From assembly GCF_030684315.1 (NCBI RefSeq), contig NC_081379.1, positions 30,147,947-30,211,946 on the forward strand: DNA of 64,000 nucleotides. The letters are read 5' to 3'. Source of the DNA: Stegostoma tigrinum (lineage: Eukaryota). A program made the position numbers and the translations under genes. The notes beneath the pieces are model-generated. The model saw nothing but the letters and a program-made list of their open reading frames with translations. It had not been told where the DNA came from and did not search any database. This document shows, piece after piece, positions 9,401 through 24,400 of the stretch (within the stretch, counting starts at the first letter, position 1; each line of letters opens with the position of its first letter).

Positions 9401-12400
9401 GTGGTCTGGGGAAGAGCAGTTAACATACCACACTATGATGCATCCAGATAGGATGCTTTCTATAGTTCATCTATAAAAATTGGCAACTGAATTTGATCAG
9501 CAAACACAGGAGATACAGGTGAATGAGACTTGCTGTGAGTTGGATTTCTGGAGCTGATGTATGGACAAGCTTAAGTTAATGGAGGGTGGGGAATGGGAGG
9601 CCGGCCAAGAGAACATTGGAATCATCAAATCAAGAATTAAAAGTGGATAAACATTTCAATAGACAATGTACATAGAAAGAATCAGAGAAGGGCATTCTTA
9701 ATGATGACACAAATATGTGCGGACAGGATAGTGTGTTCTAGTTATCAAATCAGCAAAGTTCAAATATCTTGGAGGCGCACTAATGCTCTTCAACCTTTGT
9801 GAGCAGCACTAGACTGTTTTGGCACATTTTTATTTGACAGCCTGTGCGTCATCTAGCTTCGAGGTTAGGAAAGCGACAATGCTCGTCTTTGACACTGAGC
9901 AATCAGCCATGAAGATTATTGATGAGGTGATGAAGTGGGGTATGTAATTTGGAAGTATACTAGTTTTCCGTGCATACAAACTTCTTAACATTGTAGAACA
10001 ACTAAACCCAGGTTAGTACATGTTGGAATAAAGGTAGCAGGGTATCAGAATTGAGAATGGAGGTCCTAGGATTAAAGCTGAAGAATATTTCTTTCTGCAA
10101 GGTTGTATAGTAACTAAAGGATGGTTGAGATGAGGACTCTGAGTTTTTTTAAAAGAATTGACTGCTGCAGAAGATTGTTTACTTTAGTAGTTCTGAAACT
10201 TGACAGACAAATATAATGAAGTACCAAACGAGTTCTGGGTTGGGGAACCACAACCTCTTGTTATCCATCCAGTCTAAAAATAAATCATTTCCCACTATTT
10301 GCTGTTTCCTAATTTTTAACCAACTTTCTGCAATTGCAATCACACTATCTCTGATTCATGGACCTCAGTTTTACCAACAAACCTAGAATGTGACATGCGA
10401 TCAAAGACCAGCATGTACAGCTATTGTTGCACTTCCCTTAGTTGAGAATTGTTTTAAAATCTTAGCTCCTTCTCAAACACAATATCTGTAATGCACTTAA
10501 CAGGGATGGAACTATTTTTCATAATAGTGCTTACTGGAGAGAAAAAGTTTGTATTCTTGATTATCGTTGATTTGTAACTGCGTTTCTCAGTACTGTTCAT
10601 TTGTGGGGAAAAAAGGCGAGGTTTATGCGCTAAACCTGCTGTAAAGATTATTTTTATTTGTTAGTAGATTGAGTATTGCTGGCTAAGTCAGCATTTTATT
10701 AGAGATGGTGGTGAGCTGTTTTCTTGAATGACTGCAGTCTGTGTGATGTATGCAGACCTCTAGCATTATTACATAGAGACACCCAAGATTTTGATGCAGC
10801 AGTGATGTGGGAATTACAATATATTACCATTTCAAGATGGCTTTAGAATGTTGTAAGCAATTTGAGTGACATGACTCACTAATAAATGCAATATGACTTC
10901 ATGCCTTTGTGTTAACTCCACCTTGGAAAGCAGTGTCTTTTCATTTTTGCTTTTAGTATAATAGTGAATTTTAATTTTAAAATGATAAGGAATGTAAAAT
11001 GAAAACACTTTATATGGGACTGACATTATATCTTTTTTTTTTGACACTGTAATTTTGAAATTGTACTTCAGTATTAGTATGCAGTGGTAGAAAATCGAGT
11101 ACTAACAGCAAAATTAACTGTAGGTTTTCATTTGGAATGCTTATGGTCCATAACACAGGTTACATAGAAAAGTACAGCACAGTACAGGCCCTTCAGCCCA
11201 CGATGTTGTGCCATGACATGTATTATTTATTTTCAGTGAATGAAATAATATTCGTTTATATTACATTGTGAATTTACAGCTGTGGAATCTTAGTAAAAGA
11301 TACTTAGATTATCATAGAGTCTTACAATATAAGAGTACATGATATGGCCTATCATATGGTACCATTTCTTTAAAGGATATTTGAAACAAAACTTTTGTCT
11401 GATTATTTGGGTAACAGTAAAAAATTACAATAGAATTTGGGAGCTTGGTTTTATTCACTCATGGAATGTTTGTATCGCTGACCGGGCTGGCATTTATTGC
11501 CCATCCCCAGTAGCCATTGAGAAGGTGGTGGTGAGCTGCCTTCTTGAACTGTTGCAGTCCATATGCTGTCGGTAGACTTTCAGTGCTGTCAGGAAGGGGC
11601 TTCCAGAATTGGCATGTTTTTCACTCTTGTTGGTTTCCTAACTACAGCGGATCTGGTCTGGCAGCTTTGTTCTTTATGACTTGATCAGCTTTGTCAGCTG
11701 TGGTGCTGCCAAGCCACTGTTGGTAATTAACAGTAATGTCCTCCACCCAAGGGTACATCTCATGGCCTTTCCACCCTCAGAGTATGGATTCATCAGCTGA
11801 GGTGTTCATCTGGAGTCAATGCTGAGGACAGCTAGGGCAATTCCCTCCTAACTATATACCACTCTGCTGCCACCTCTACTGGGATGGTGCTGTCTGTGAC
11901 ATTGCCAGGCAGAATTCAATGAATATGACTGTCATTTAACAGTATCTAATGAGTATTTAACTAGCCTGTGAGATATTGCTCCCAATTTCAACATAATGTT
12001 GATAAGAGGACTTTGCAAAGTCAGCAGGGCTAAATGTGCTGTTGTTGTCTGGTACCTTAGATGATGCCAGGTGATTTGTCTAGTTTCATTCCTTTTTTGG
12101 GAAAAAGCTGACTTTCTTGATAGGCCATTTCAGAGCACAGTTAAGAGTCAACTACATTGCTGTGGGTCTGCAATTATACGTAGGCCAGATAAGGATAGCA
12201 GTTTTCCTTTCTTAACGCACATTAGTAAGACAGATGAGTTTTTCCACCAATTGACACTGATTTCATAGTCATCATTAGATATTTAATTCCAGGTTTTATT
12301 CAATTCAAATTCCACCATCTGCCACAGAAAAATCTAGAGAAAGAGATCAAATTAACCAAATAACAGATGTCAACCTACCATAGAGCTGTATAGAATGAAA

Positions 12401-15400
12401 ACAGACCCTTCAGTCCAACTCCTCCATGCTGACCCGATATCCTTAAATTAATCTAGTCCCATTTTCCAGCATTTGGCCTATGTCCTTCTAAACGCTTCCT
12501 ATCCATATACCCATTCAGATATCTTTTAAATTTTGTAATTGTACCAGGCTCCACCACTTCCTTTGGTAGCTCATTCCATTCAGACTCTCTGTGTTAAAAA
12601 GTTGCCCCTTAGGTCCCTTTGAAATCTTTCCCCTCTCACGTTACATCTATGCTGGCCCCACCCCAGGGAATAGATCTTATCTATTTGCCTTGTCCATACC
12701 CCTCATGATTTTATAAACCTCTACAAGGTCACCCCTCAGCCTCTGATTCTCAGGGAAAATATCCCCAGCCTAATCAGCCGCTCCCTGTAGCTCAAACCGT
12801 CCGACCTGGCAAGGTCCTTCTAAACCTTTTCTGAACCCTTTCAAATTTCTCACCATCCTTCCTATAGTAGGGAGGCCAGAATTGCAAGCAGTATTCCAAC
12901 AGTGGCCTAACCGATGTCCTGTATAGCTGAAACGTGACCTCCCAACTCCTATACTCATTGCACTGACCAGTAAAGGCAAACACACTGAACGCCTTCTTCA
13001 CTATCCTATCTACCTGCGATTTCACTTTCAAGGAGCCGTGAACCTGCACTGCAAAGTCTGTTTGTTCAACAGTGCTCCCCAGGACCTTACCATAAGTGTG
13101 TAAGTCCTGTGCTGATTTGCCTTTCCAAAATGCAGCACCTCACATTTATCTAAATTCAACTCCACTTAATTAGTTCGGTGTAAATACCAACTTAAAAAGA
13201 AATCGCCAAATATTTTTCTGAAAGATTGCTGTGACTATAATTTTGCATAGCGATTCGATGAATATCTGTTCTGATACTAAATTGTTTTTGATTTTCTTTT
13301 CAGTTTTACGTCCTAATTAATTTCCAACATTTGTATCCTTTGTAGCTGGTCCTACCTTGAACTTACCACAAATGGATCATACAAAGACAATTTACAGGCT
13401 TATGCTGCTGGAGTGCTGGAGGCTTCTGTCACACATCAGGTAAATTTAACTTGTCATTCTGCTAATTGTTATATTATTAATGTTATATTAATAAGATCCA
13501 CATTCTCAGGAGATGAGCAAGAAATGTAAGAAAAAAGCATATTTGTGTGCCATAGGTTTTATTTCTAGTTAACAAAACTAAATTTTAATGATCAATGAGA
13601 CTTATTGTTAGGTCTGTGAATTTGAAACAGCAGAATTGATTTTTGCTTAAGGAGTTCATGGTTCACAGTAGAGGTATATCTCAGTGAGAAAGAAGGATTC
13701 TAGGAAGGAGATAAGCTGAGATAGTAGGAACTGCAGATGCAGGAAAATCTGAGATTTCTAAAGAAGGGTCTAGACCTGAAACGTCAGCCTTCCTGCTTCT
13801 CTGATGCTGCTTGGCCTGCTGTGTTCAGCCAGCTCTACACCTTGTTATCTCAGGTGATAAGCTGACCATGGTTTACTGGATAAGTTAAGGATAGCATCAA
13901 ATTGAAAGTTTGAAAAAATATGATGTGGCAAAATTACTGGTAAACTAGAGGATTGAGAAAATCGAGAAAGTCAGCAAAAGATGACCAAAAATAATAGACA
14001 AAGATGATAAACTTTGAAAGTAAACTTGCAAATAATATCAAAATAGTCAGGAAGAGCTTATTTAAATATATAAAAAGAAAGAAAGATGCCAAAGTGAACA
14101 CAAGCCCCTTAGAGAATGAGGCTCTGAACATAGTAATGGGGAATTAGGAAATGGCAGAGGAGTTGAATAAATATTTTGTATCACTCATCACAGTATAAGA
14201 CACTAACAGTGTTCAAAAAATACTAAATACTCAAGTGGCTAAAGGAGGAGAGTAAATGAATACAATAATATCACTAGAAAAAAATTGTACATGGAAAGCT
14301 AATGATACTAAAGACCAATAAATTCCCTGGACCTAATGGGATATAACCTGTGACATAAAAGTAAAGCACAGCAACATGTTTCAAATTCCTTGCTGCAGTG
14401 AGCTGTGGGGGCAGAGTCCCATTTTAAATTTAAAGCTGAGATAGAATCTAGATCAGTAGAGAAATTGAGTTATATGGGGAAAGGGCTGGAAAGTGGATGT
14501 GAGGAATGTTGGATCAGTCATGATCCTGTTGAATGGAGCCTCAGTGGACTGATGGCCTACTCCGGGCCTTGTGTAAAAACAAAGCACTTAGAAACTGATA
14601 ATATGTTGAAGCTGTGTCAGCATTGCTTCACAAAGGGTGGGAGGGTCCAGGACCAGAGGGTGTAATCTCAGAATAAGTGATTGTGTATTTAAGAAACAAA
14701 GAGGAAGAATTTATTCTCTGTGGCTAGTGAATCCATGGTATTCTTTACCACAGAGGGCTTTTGAGGCTGGATTGTTAAGTATATTCAAGGATGATTGTAG
14801 GTTTTTAATCTGTAAGGATTATGGGGAAAAAACAGGAAAGTGGATTTGAGGATTATCAGATTAGCCATGATTTATTGAATGCCAGAACAGACTTCATGGG
14901 CTCAATGGCCTATTCCTTCTCCTTTATTTTCTGGGTTATGTGATCTTATTTTCAGCCATTGAGAATGCTGAAGAAGGCTTTTAATTTCACTTTGCAGTTT
15001 GTTTTAAATCATAAGACATATTTTGAATTGAGCATTTTTGTAATATTTTCATTTTTCTGCTTTTGAAAGCCGAATGGATGTTTAGTGTGTCAAAAGCCTT
15101 CTTCATCCCATATGGAAGAAAATCAAATAATTTGTCGAAAATCTAGTAAGCAGCTGTATTTAAATCATGTCCTTTTTCTTTCCAATCTTCCTTCCTCCAC
15201 ACCTCATCTCACCTTGCTGATAACTTTATTACAGTAAGATTCCACAAGCAGCACAACCCTTGTACTTTGCCCAAGTGGCCATTCTTTATGCACACTGATT
15301 TTTAGGTTATTTTATTATTGTTGTATCGGAACAAAGTCTGACTCTATCCTTAATCTGTTTACATGAATATTCTGTTAGAATAATTGACAATAATCAATTA

Positions 15401-18400
15401 TGTTAGTTTTCCTTCCATAAATCACAGATATTAAAGTCCATCTGACAAACTAGATTAGCAAACTCAGCATGGATCAGGAAATGAACTTGAAAGCTTCCGG
15501 TCTTCAGGGCAGCATTGAGCGGTGTCTTGACACTATGAAGGAATTAAAATTTGATTTGATAAATCAAGTTTTTGAATTAATAAATTACAAACTCGTAAAT
15601 GCTTGCGGTGTCGGGTGAAAACATCAAGCAATTGCTCAAAATTGAATTTTAATTCAAGTTTCATTTTCAGTAATGATAACATTCGTCTGGTACACAAACT
15701 TACATGGAACTTTCGTAGATTAAAAGAAAAATGTTTGAATCTGCAGCAGTGATTTTCACAGATTCACCACCCTCTGGCTGAAGAGGTTCATTCTTGTCTC
15801 ACTTCCAAAGAGTTATCCCTTCACTCTGTGGCTGTGCCCTCAGGGCCCCTCCCACTTGTGGAAACATCATCTTGTCTACTCTATCCAGGCCTCAGCAACA
15901 TTTGCAACTTGCAGTCCATGTTCAAATGCAGCAAGATCTGGGCAATGTTCAGGCTTGGACTGACTGCTGGTAACTGACATCTATGCCTCACAAATGCCAG
16001 GCAATGATCATCTCCAGTAAGAGAGAATCTAACCATCCCTTGACCTACAATAGTGTTACCATCCCTGAATTTCACACAATTAACATCTTTGGGGTTACCA
16101 CTGATCAGAAACTCAATAGGGCTCACCACAGAGGCAGAGTGGCTACAAGAGCAGGTCAGAGGATTGTTTAAAAAAATGATTCAGACTTGGTACATTTATG
16201 TTGAATTATGGACCCCCTTTGACAGTATCTTCCCAAACCCACAGTCTCTACCAGTAAAAGAACAGTGACAGTAGATGTGTTGAGACAACACCAGTTGAAA
16301 GTTCCTCTCCAAGTTCCATACCATCCTGACTTGTAAATTTATGACTCTTTCTTCACTAACATTAGATCAAAATCCTGAATTTACTTGAACTGCAGCAGTT
16401 TGTGTGGGAGGCTCACTGTCACCTTTTCAAGAATAACTGGATGAAGCCAATAAACGCTGACCTAGCTAGTGATGCCCATATCCAATTAGCTGATTACATT
16501 AAAATATGCAAGTACCATTCTCATAACAAAATATTTTAAGTCTCTTATTTAGAGAGACTTTCTAATCCTCTTTTTCTTCTTGGATGTCTGTCCTAACAAA
16601 ACCTTTGTGACCTGCCCCTAAATAACGTAAATATAATGCTGCGATTTTCAGAAAGGTGTTAGATGCAATTAAGTGTTTGATGATCTAGATCTGTGAAGTA
16701 CACAGTACTGTCGTCCTGGCCATTACGGGAAGTATCCTGGTTCATGTAAAATGTATTATGTTACATGTAATCAAATGAAACGCGGACATATGGATTTCTT
16801 ACACTTAGGTAATGCTTTTAACATTGTAAAATGTTTGTGAAATGTACCCATTTTGTCACTGGCACATAGGTTTAAGTATGTTTTTTGATTACTTTTGTTT
16901 TTAGGAGGATGTACTACATGTTAGCAGTATGAGTTGTAATAGTTTTCTGACATGTCTCCTAATGACAATATCAATGGTTACAGAAATACATTTTATCTTT
17001 CTATACTTGAATATTCTGGCTGAAGAGATTTTTGTTCTGTATTTTAATTGATGGTTTTAAATTTTTTTCAAGTACATTTATATGCATTGGACGAACACAC
17101 TGTCTCACTATTGTGGACCCAAGTATCAAACTGCTTATTGTGAGAAACTTAAAAATTATATTGAATCCAATCTGGCTTGGATTGAAGAGCAAGTGGCCAA
17201 AGATGGGTATAAAGCATACTGGCATCAGGTAAGATGCAGTCCAGATGCATTAAAAGTCTCAAAATCACAACAATTGGTCAATATGTAATCTTTTTAGCTC
17301 TGCAGTAAACTATTACAAACCTACATGGTTGCAGAGGAATCTATTGTTTTTAGTTTGCTAGTTGCTGTTTTGAGCTGAATGTATAATTGCATGGCAGCAA
17401 TTGAAACCCAATGTCCTAATTCAGTGCTAATGCACGAATCACGTTATCGGCTGATTTATTTGTTCAAGCTTTTTTGAAATTTAGAAACTCGCTTCCATAA
17501 ACAGTGATTGCTGGATCAATTGTAAATTTTAAATTTGATTTATAAATTTAGTCATCCATAGATACTAAGGGATATGGGGCACTTTTGGCCATTTGCAGTG
17601 AGGTCCGAGATCTACAATGATCTAACTGAATGGTAGAATAGTCTAAATGGCCTCTTCATTAGACCAAAAGAAAGGACCAGGAGTAAGTCATCAGCCCCTT
17701 GAGCCTGCTCCACTATTCAATAGGATCATTGCTGATCCGGCACTCCGCACGTCCACTGTCCTGCCCTTATCCCATAACCCTTGATTCCTCTACTGATCAA
17801 GAATTGATGTACCTCAGCCTTAAATATATACAAGGACTCTGCCCCTTCAGCTCTCTGTGGAAGGGAGTTCCAATGTTTCTAACAGAAATGTCTTTAAGGA
17901 CAGATTATGATCTATTACATAGAGGAGACAGTTAAAGAGAGTTATGCAGCATAGAAACGGACCCTTCAGTCTAACTAGTCCATGCCAACCATATTCCGAA
18001 ACTGGACTAGTTCACACTTGCCTGTATTTGGCCTATATCCCTTCAAACCTTTCCTATTCACGTACTTATCCAAATGTCTTTTAAACATTGTTACTGTCCC
18101 TGCATCCACCACTCCTTCTGGCAGTTCATTCCACACACTAACTAATCTGTGTTTTAAAAAAAAGCTGTCCCTCATGTCCTTATTAAATCTTTCTCCTCTC
18201 ACCTTAAAAGTATGCCCCCTGATTTTGAATTCGCCCACCTTAGTGAAAAGACCTATGCTTTTCATCTTATCTATGCCCCTGAAGATTTTGTACTTCTATA
18301 AGGTCACCCCATATAGCTCCCTGCTCCAGTGAAATAAGCCCCAGCCTATCCAGCCAATTTTTATAATGCAAATCCTCCATTCCTGGTAAATCTTTTCTGA

Positions 18401-21400
18401 CCTCTGTCCTGTTTAATAATATCTTTCCTATAACAAGGCGACCAGAACTACACAAAACAAAGTTGCTGGAAAAGTTCAGCAGGTCTGGCAGCATCTGTGA
18501 AGGAAAAAAACTGAGTTAACGTTTTGGGTTTGGTGACCCTTCCTCAGAACTGATGGTGGCTGGGGAAACATCCAGTTTATATGCAGAAAATAGGGAGGCA
18601 AGTGGGGTAGGTAGTACACGATAGGATAGAGCCCAAAGAGAGAGAAAGACAGTTGGACAGACAAAGGAGTTGTTAACGATCAGGCTGGGAGGTGAATAGT
18701 TGTTAACGGGACGTGTTAGTGACTAACAACAGGGAGTGTGTAATGGCAGCCTATGTGGTAACAGTGCCTGGTGTGTGGGTTAGGGAGCTGGGACATGGGA
18801 GAGTTCAGGCTCTAAAATTATTGAGCTCCATACTGAGTCACAGGGTTGTAGGGGAAAATGAGGTGTTGTTCCTTCAGCTTACGTTGGGCTTCGCTGGAGT
18901 ACTGCAGCAAGCAGAACTGTACCTGGTACTCCAGAACAGACCTCACCAAACTCCTGTACAACCTTAACATCACATCCCAACTCCTATAGTCAGTGGTCTG
19001 AGCAATGAAGGCAAGCATGCTAAATACCTTCTTTAACCACCCTGTCTAACTGTGATGCAAATTTCACAGAATTATATGTCTGAACCCTTGGATCTTTTTG
19101 TTCTACAACACTACCCAGAGCCCTACCATTAATTGTATAAGTCCTGTTTTATTTGTTTTACCAAAATGCAATACCTTGCATTTAGCCAAGTTAAACTCCA
19201 TCTGCCACTCCAACGCCCTTTGATCCAATTCAGTCAGATCTCTATTGTAATCTTAGATGACCTTCTTCCCTGTCCACTGTATCGCCAATTTTGGTGTCAT
19301 CCACAAACCTATGAACCATGCTTCCTATATTCTCATCCAAATCATTTATATAAGTGACAAACAAAAGTGGACCCAGTACCGATCCTGTAGAACACCTCAG
19401 ATACAATGTAAGGATAAGGGAACCCTTCATATTTCTGCAAGGAGTAGGGCTGAAAACTCTGGTCTGGGAAAAGTAATGTCCCTGGCTGGTGAAAACCAAA
19501 AATTTATCACAAGGATTGGTGTGGAAGATGGCATGGTCCAAAACAAGAATGGAATATCCTTGAAGGAAGCAGGGTGAGAGGAAGTTACATGGTAGCTGTG
19601 GACGTTGATGAGATCCCAATTCAACAGCCAGTGCTGGTAATGATTCTATTGCCATTTACAGCTGTTTGTTTCTTTTCTCTTTCCAATACCTCATTACCAC
19701 CTCTATTGCTCCTTTCCATCATCCTTTTTGTCATTTTGTTACTGTTGCCTCTCCCCATCACATCCATTCCCCTCTCTTTCCCATATTTTGGTGTCTGTAT
19801 TTACTTAAAACTGTTTTGTTAATTTTTTCACTGGGCTTTTTTAGCTACATCTACAGTTTTTGCCCATCCTGTTGCAATCTAATTTTTTCCCATTCTCACG
19901 AAAAGTCAATGACATGAAATATTGTCTTAATCTCCATAGGCATTAGACCATAAGACATAGGAGCTGAAATTAGGCCATATGGCCTATTGAGTCTGCTCCG
20001 CCATTCAATCATGGCTGATGAGTTTCTCAACCTCATTGTCCAGCTCTCTCCCCGTAACCCTTGATCCTCATTGCCTTGCCTGCTGAATGCTTTCACAATT
20101 TTTTAAAAAACTTTTGAATATTTACTAAATGATTTTGTTTTACTCCTCAAAACTCACCTCCAAGTGGCAAGTATTCCAAGATATCTGCTGGACAAAAAGA
20201 TAATCTGTTGTATTGTGCTATGGGTGAACACAGGATTTAAACTGAGCTATCAGGTTACACCTGCAAGAAATTTCAGCAAATAATGAGTATTAGTTATGCC
20301 ACCAACTTTCAAAATTTGAGTTTATTAACAAACGCTTGCTTTCATGATGAACATTCACAACTGCAAAAGACCAAAAAACTGTCAAAATTAGATAAAACAT
20401 TTTGACCCTATATTTAAAGTTTTGGCAAAGATCTGTAGCTTTGGTTGTGGATGAGGTTGTTGACTTCCTCACCAAGCTCGGTGAGCAAGTCAATAACCTC
20501 ATTTTGGACCTATTTTATGAAAGAGTTAAACAATTTAACTTTTATTGAGTACTCTTGAATATTCTTTCATTGCAGGTAGAAGTTAGGTGACACTGTTTAA
20601 AAGTTAAGTACTGTCCTTGGAGCTTAGCAGCCATAACTATACTTGGAATAATATGGGTGTTCTTAGCTAGAGAGCCCTTGCCTGCCTTCACGTAGTTGCA
20701 ACAAAATTGGAACTAATCAGGAAGTCAAACATGTGAAACTGGCACTTATTGCATTCTCTGAAATGTAGCCATGCTTTTAAGAAACAAATTTGTCAGCTAA
20801 CGTCAAATACTCGCATAGTGGACCTGGGATAAATGAATGTATATTTGAGACCTGCCTGAGCATTGACGACAGTGAAGAACCTATTTGCAGCTGTGTAAAA
20901 TGCAAAAACGAGTTTTGGCTCTACTCAATTTTTGCAAATTGGGACAGGTTAAAATTTTTGCAAGACGTATGACACCCCAAAGATCTTGATTATTGATCTC
21001 TTCTCCCCACTTATCTCCACCTCCCACAACACTTTTCTATTTCTAACATATGTTGAACACCTGCAGAGAAGTTGATTGCTTTTGAGTTTGTCTTTTGAGT
21101 GATGAGTTTGTGGGAGATGGAAATACCAAAACAGGAAATATCTTCAAGGGATTCAAGGAGAAATTATTTTCAAGGTGAGGTTAAAGAAGACTAAGAATGT
21201 ATCGGAAAGACGTTCAATATGAATATCTATATTTTAAATATATCAGGTGAATTTGGTACTACTACAGCTGCGAGGGCTAGAGGACAGCTATAACAATCAT
21301 ATTTCATTTCCTAATGGGAAGTTCAACTTCCGACCTTTTGGATTCATGTAAGTGGTTTATCTTGTTTTGTAGCACAGATTACATTCCACATTTAAGAGGA

Positions 21401-24400
21401 AATATAATTTTATTGAAATATACATTGATGTGTGCTTCCATTACTCACTCATATACCAAATAAATGAATGTTTCTTACAGTTGAAATAAATATTGCCGTT
21501 TCAACATACTTCAAGCCTGAGTTTGAGAGATTTTTATTAGATAATGGTGTCAAGGGATACGTATCAAAAACATAAATGCTGTTGAGGTACATGATCTAGT
21601 TGAACAGCAGAATAAACTGGTTAGCTCCTGTTACTGGACTTCATACACCTGACATATGAATTTTTAAAATTCTTTCTGTTCACATTTTCTGTTGCTGTCT
21701 TGTATCTCTTCTTGTATAAGACCAACTGTCTGAGGCTGCACAGCCCAGGTTTCTTCAATCATTTCTGCATACTTATACCTACCAAACTTGGAGACAACCT
21801 CATGGCTCTTAATTGCACTCCCTCCCATGCTAGAGTGTTCCCCAACTCCCTTCTGTTTATAAGATAACAAAGTGTGAAGCTGGATGAACACAGCAGGCCA
21901 AACAGCATAACTTTTGTGCTCCTGAGATGCTGCTTGGCCTGCTGTGTTCATCCAGCTTCATACTTTGTTATCTTGGATTCTCCAGCATCTGCAGTTCCCA
22001 TTATCCCTTCTGTTTATGTTTAGATACTGTATTCAAGTTTGACCACTGCTTCCTGTGACTTGTATTCTACAATTTTGGTCACATAGTTCAAGATGCTATT
22101 GCCATTGATTTTTTGCAGTGCATTGGTTGGACATGAGTGCTGAACTATTTCTCAACTAGCTAAAACACCATTCATGTTTCATTCAGTCATGTATATTATT
22201 TTCCATTGTGAAGAAGACCACATTTGTCTGCTTTAAATGATCTGTAATTGTTCTTTTCAAACCATTCTGTAATTTCTATGGGTGCATCTCTGCTTCACTA
22301 ATGTGGTTGTAACCACATCTGAATGTCAGTCATTTAATAATTCAGAAACAGTGGTGATCTTGGGAAACACAACTGATTCTTCTAACAAGTCAAAAAGGTG
22401 TAACCAATTTTATCATTTTAATATTGGGATGGAGTTGATTTTGATTTTGGTTACGGTGCTTGTTTGTCTGTGGTTCATTTTGATGTATGAAGTTACTGGG
22501 TGCTGTTAGCTTATGAAGTACTTTATATGGTTTGCCCCATGTTTTAACTTTATTCAACCCAAAACAGCTTTGTAGAAGAAAGTAACCTGTAAATTTGATG
22601 AAACTGGTGATTAAAAAGTATACTATGCTAGCTTTGTCACATGCTGTTGTCATGCTCAGAACCATGGTGTAATAAAATTCTGTTTACTTAATAAACTACA
22701 TTTCAGTCTTTTGCAGATGGCTGGTGACTTGGAGGATCTTGAAAATGTATTTAATAAAACCGATTCTTCAAAGGCTTTTGGTTCTGGGTCATGTTCTGCC
22801 CTCATCAAACTGTTGCCAGGCAACAGAGATCTTCTAGTAGCCCATGACACTTGGACTAACTATCAGTCAATGCTGCGAATCATTAAGAAATACAAACTGT
22901 CCTTTAAAGATGTCCCAGAAGGTATGTGTGCATAATTGTCTTTTTGTAAATTTATTCAACTACTGCAGGAAATCTCCCTAAACCTTAAAGCTTAAAGTAC
23001 CCAAACTAGCAGAAATCAAATAATTAATTCCAGAACACAATGTTTAATCTGGTTTAGGTTTGGATTGAAAAATGTGACTGAGAATTATCAGAGGTATCTC
23101 AGAGTAAGGGATTTATAGAATACTGTTATATGACAGTCGTGGCCGAACAGTAAAACAATGCAAATCTGCTTACATTGTAAACTGTTTTTATACTTTTGAT
23201 GCATTTCACAAGAACACAGATGTCAAGCTACTATTGCAAGGTATGCTTTTATATGGTCCCCTGTTCCAAATGTGAAAGATGGGACAGAACCTCAAGTATG
23301 AGTATGACTATGAACCCAGACTATAGAATGCATACGTCAACTTGCCCCCATAAGACTATTGTTGGAGGCAGTCACTTCTCTACTTCTGTGGAGGCTATCA
23401 ACTAGATAGCAAGCTAGATATCCCATTGTGGGCTTTTCCCAACAAACAGAAGGTATAAGTGGCAGATAACAAGGTGTAGAGCTGGATGAACACAGCAGGC
23501 CAAGCAGCATCAGAAGAGCAGGAAAGCGGACGTTTCAGGCCTAGACCCTCAGAAAGGTCTAGGCCCGAAATGCTAGCTTTCCTGCTCCTCTGCTGTTGCT
23601 TGGCCTGCTGTGTTCATCCTGCTCTACACTTTATTATCTCAGATTCTCCAGCATCTGCAGTTCCTACTACCGTGTAAATGGTATTCCTGTTTGCAAATGT
23701 TCTATGCTCCAGCATGCAATTCGTGCACAAAAAAAATTAAGAAGGTACCATTGATAAATGCATCAATCCTTAAATATGAATGTTAATGTAGGAATGCTTA
23801 AAATCTCTAAAATTATGTATATTTGCTCATTGGCGTATTTGTAAACGGGGATTTTGCAATCCAGTTAGGAACTGTCTAACGTTTAAAGAAAAATCCAAGC
23901 TACTCATTAAAGCCATTTGAATTTTGCCACAAGATTTCACTTGATAATTAATAAATAAGCTTTATATGAAAGGATTAAATAGAACAAACATTATTAACAG
24001 AACAATATTTTCAAAGTGATATATGTTGTGCAGTCAGGTTCACATCTTTCTCACCCCAATAATTCTCTAATTAGACATATCAACCTGAAAGTTTTGACTT
24101 CTGTAGGGACCACCTATAAATATGCTGCAGTGCTCTTGAGGATTTTCCTTGGCTCTGGCTGTTTTGAGAGGTAAAACTTTGGACTATGGATACCTGTGTC
24201 CCTTGCAATAACTCCAAAACATTCTGCTAATTGCTTTCATTGACACAAAACCCTGTAGGAACTACTAGTTTCGAATGTCAGGTTTCTTGTCCTTCTCAAA
24301 ATTCAAACTGCACTTAAGTCTCACCCACATTCCAAGTTGTGACTGAAGACATTACATTTTTGCGCTACTTACTGTGAACACTACTGTGATTTGCCTTGGC

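Noticed and set aside
13333-13341. U12-type donor consensus GTATCCTTT, and an alternative acceptor at 13303
   Set aside because: It lies in the pyrimidine tract of the exon 2 acceptor with no upstream exon; the 13303 acceptor would add an in-frame TAA. Probably coincidental.
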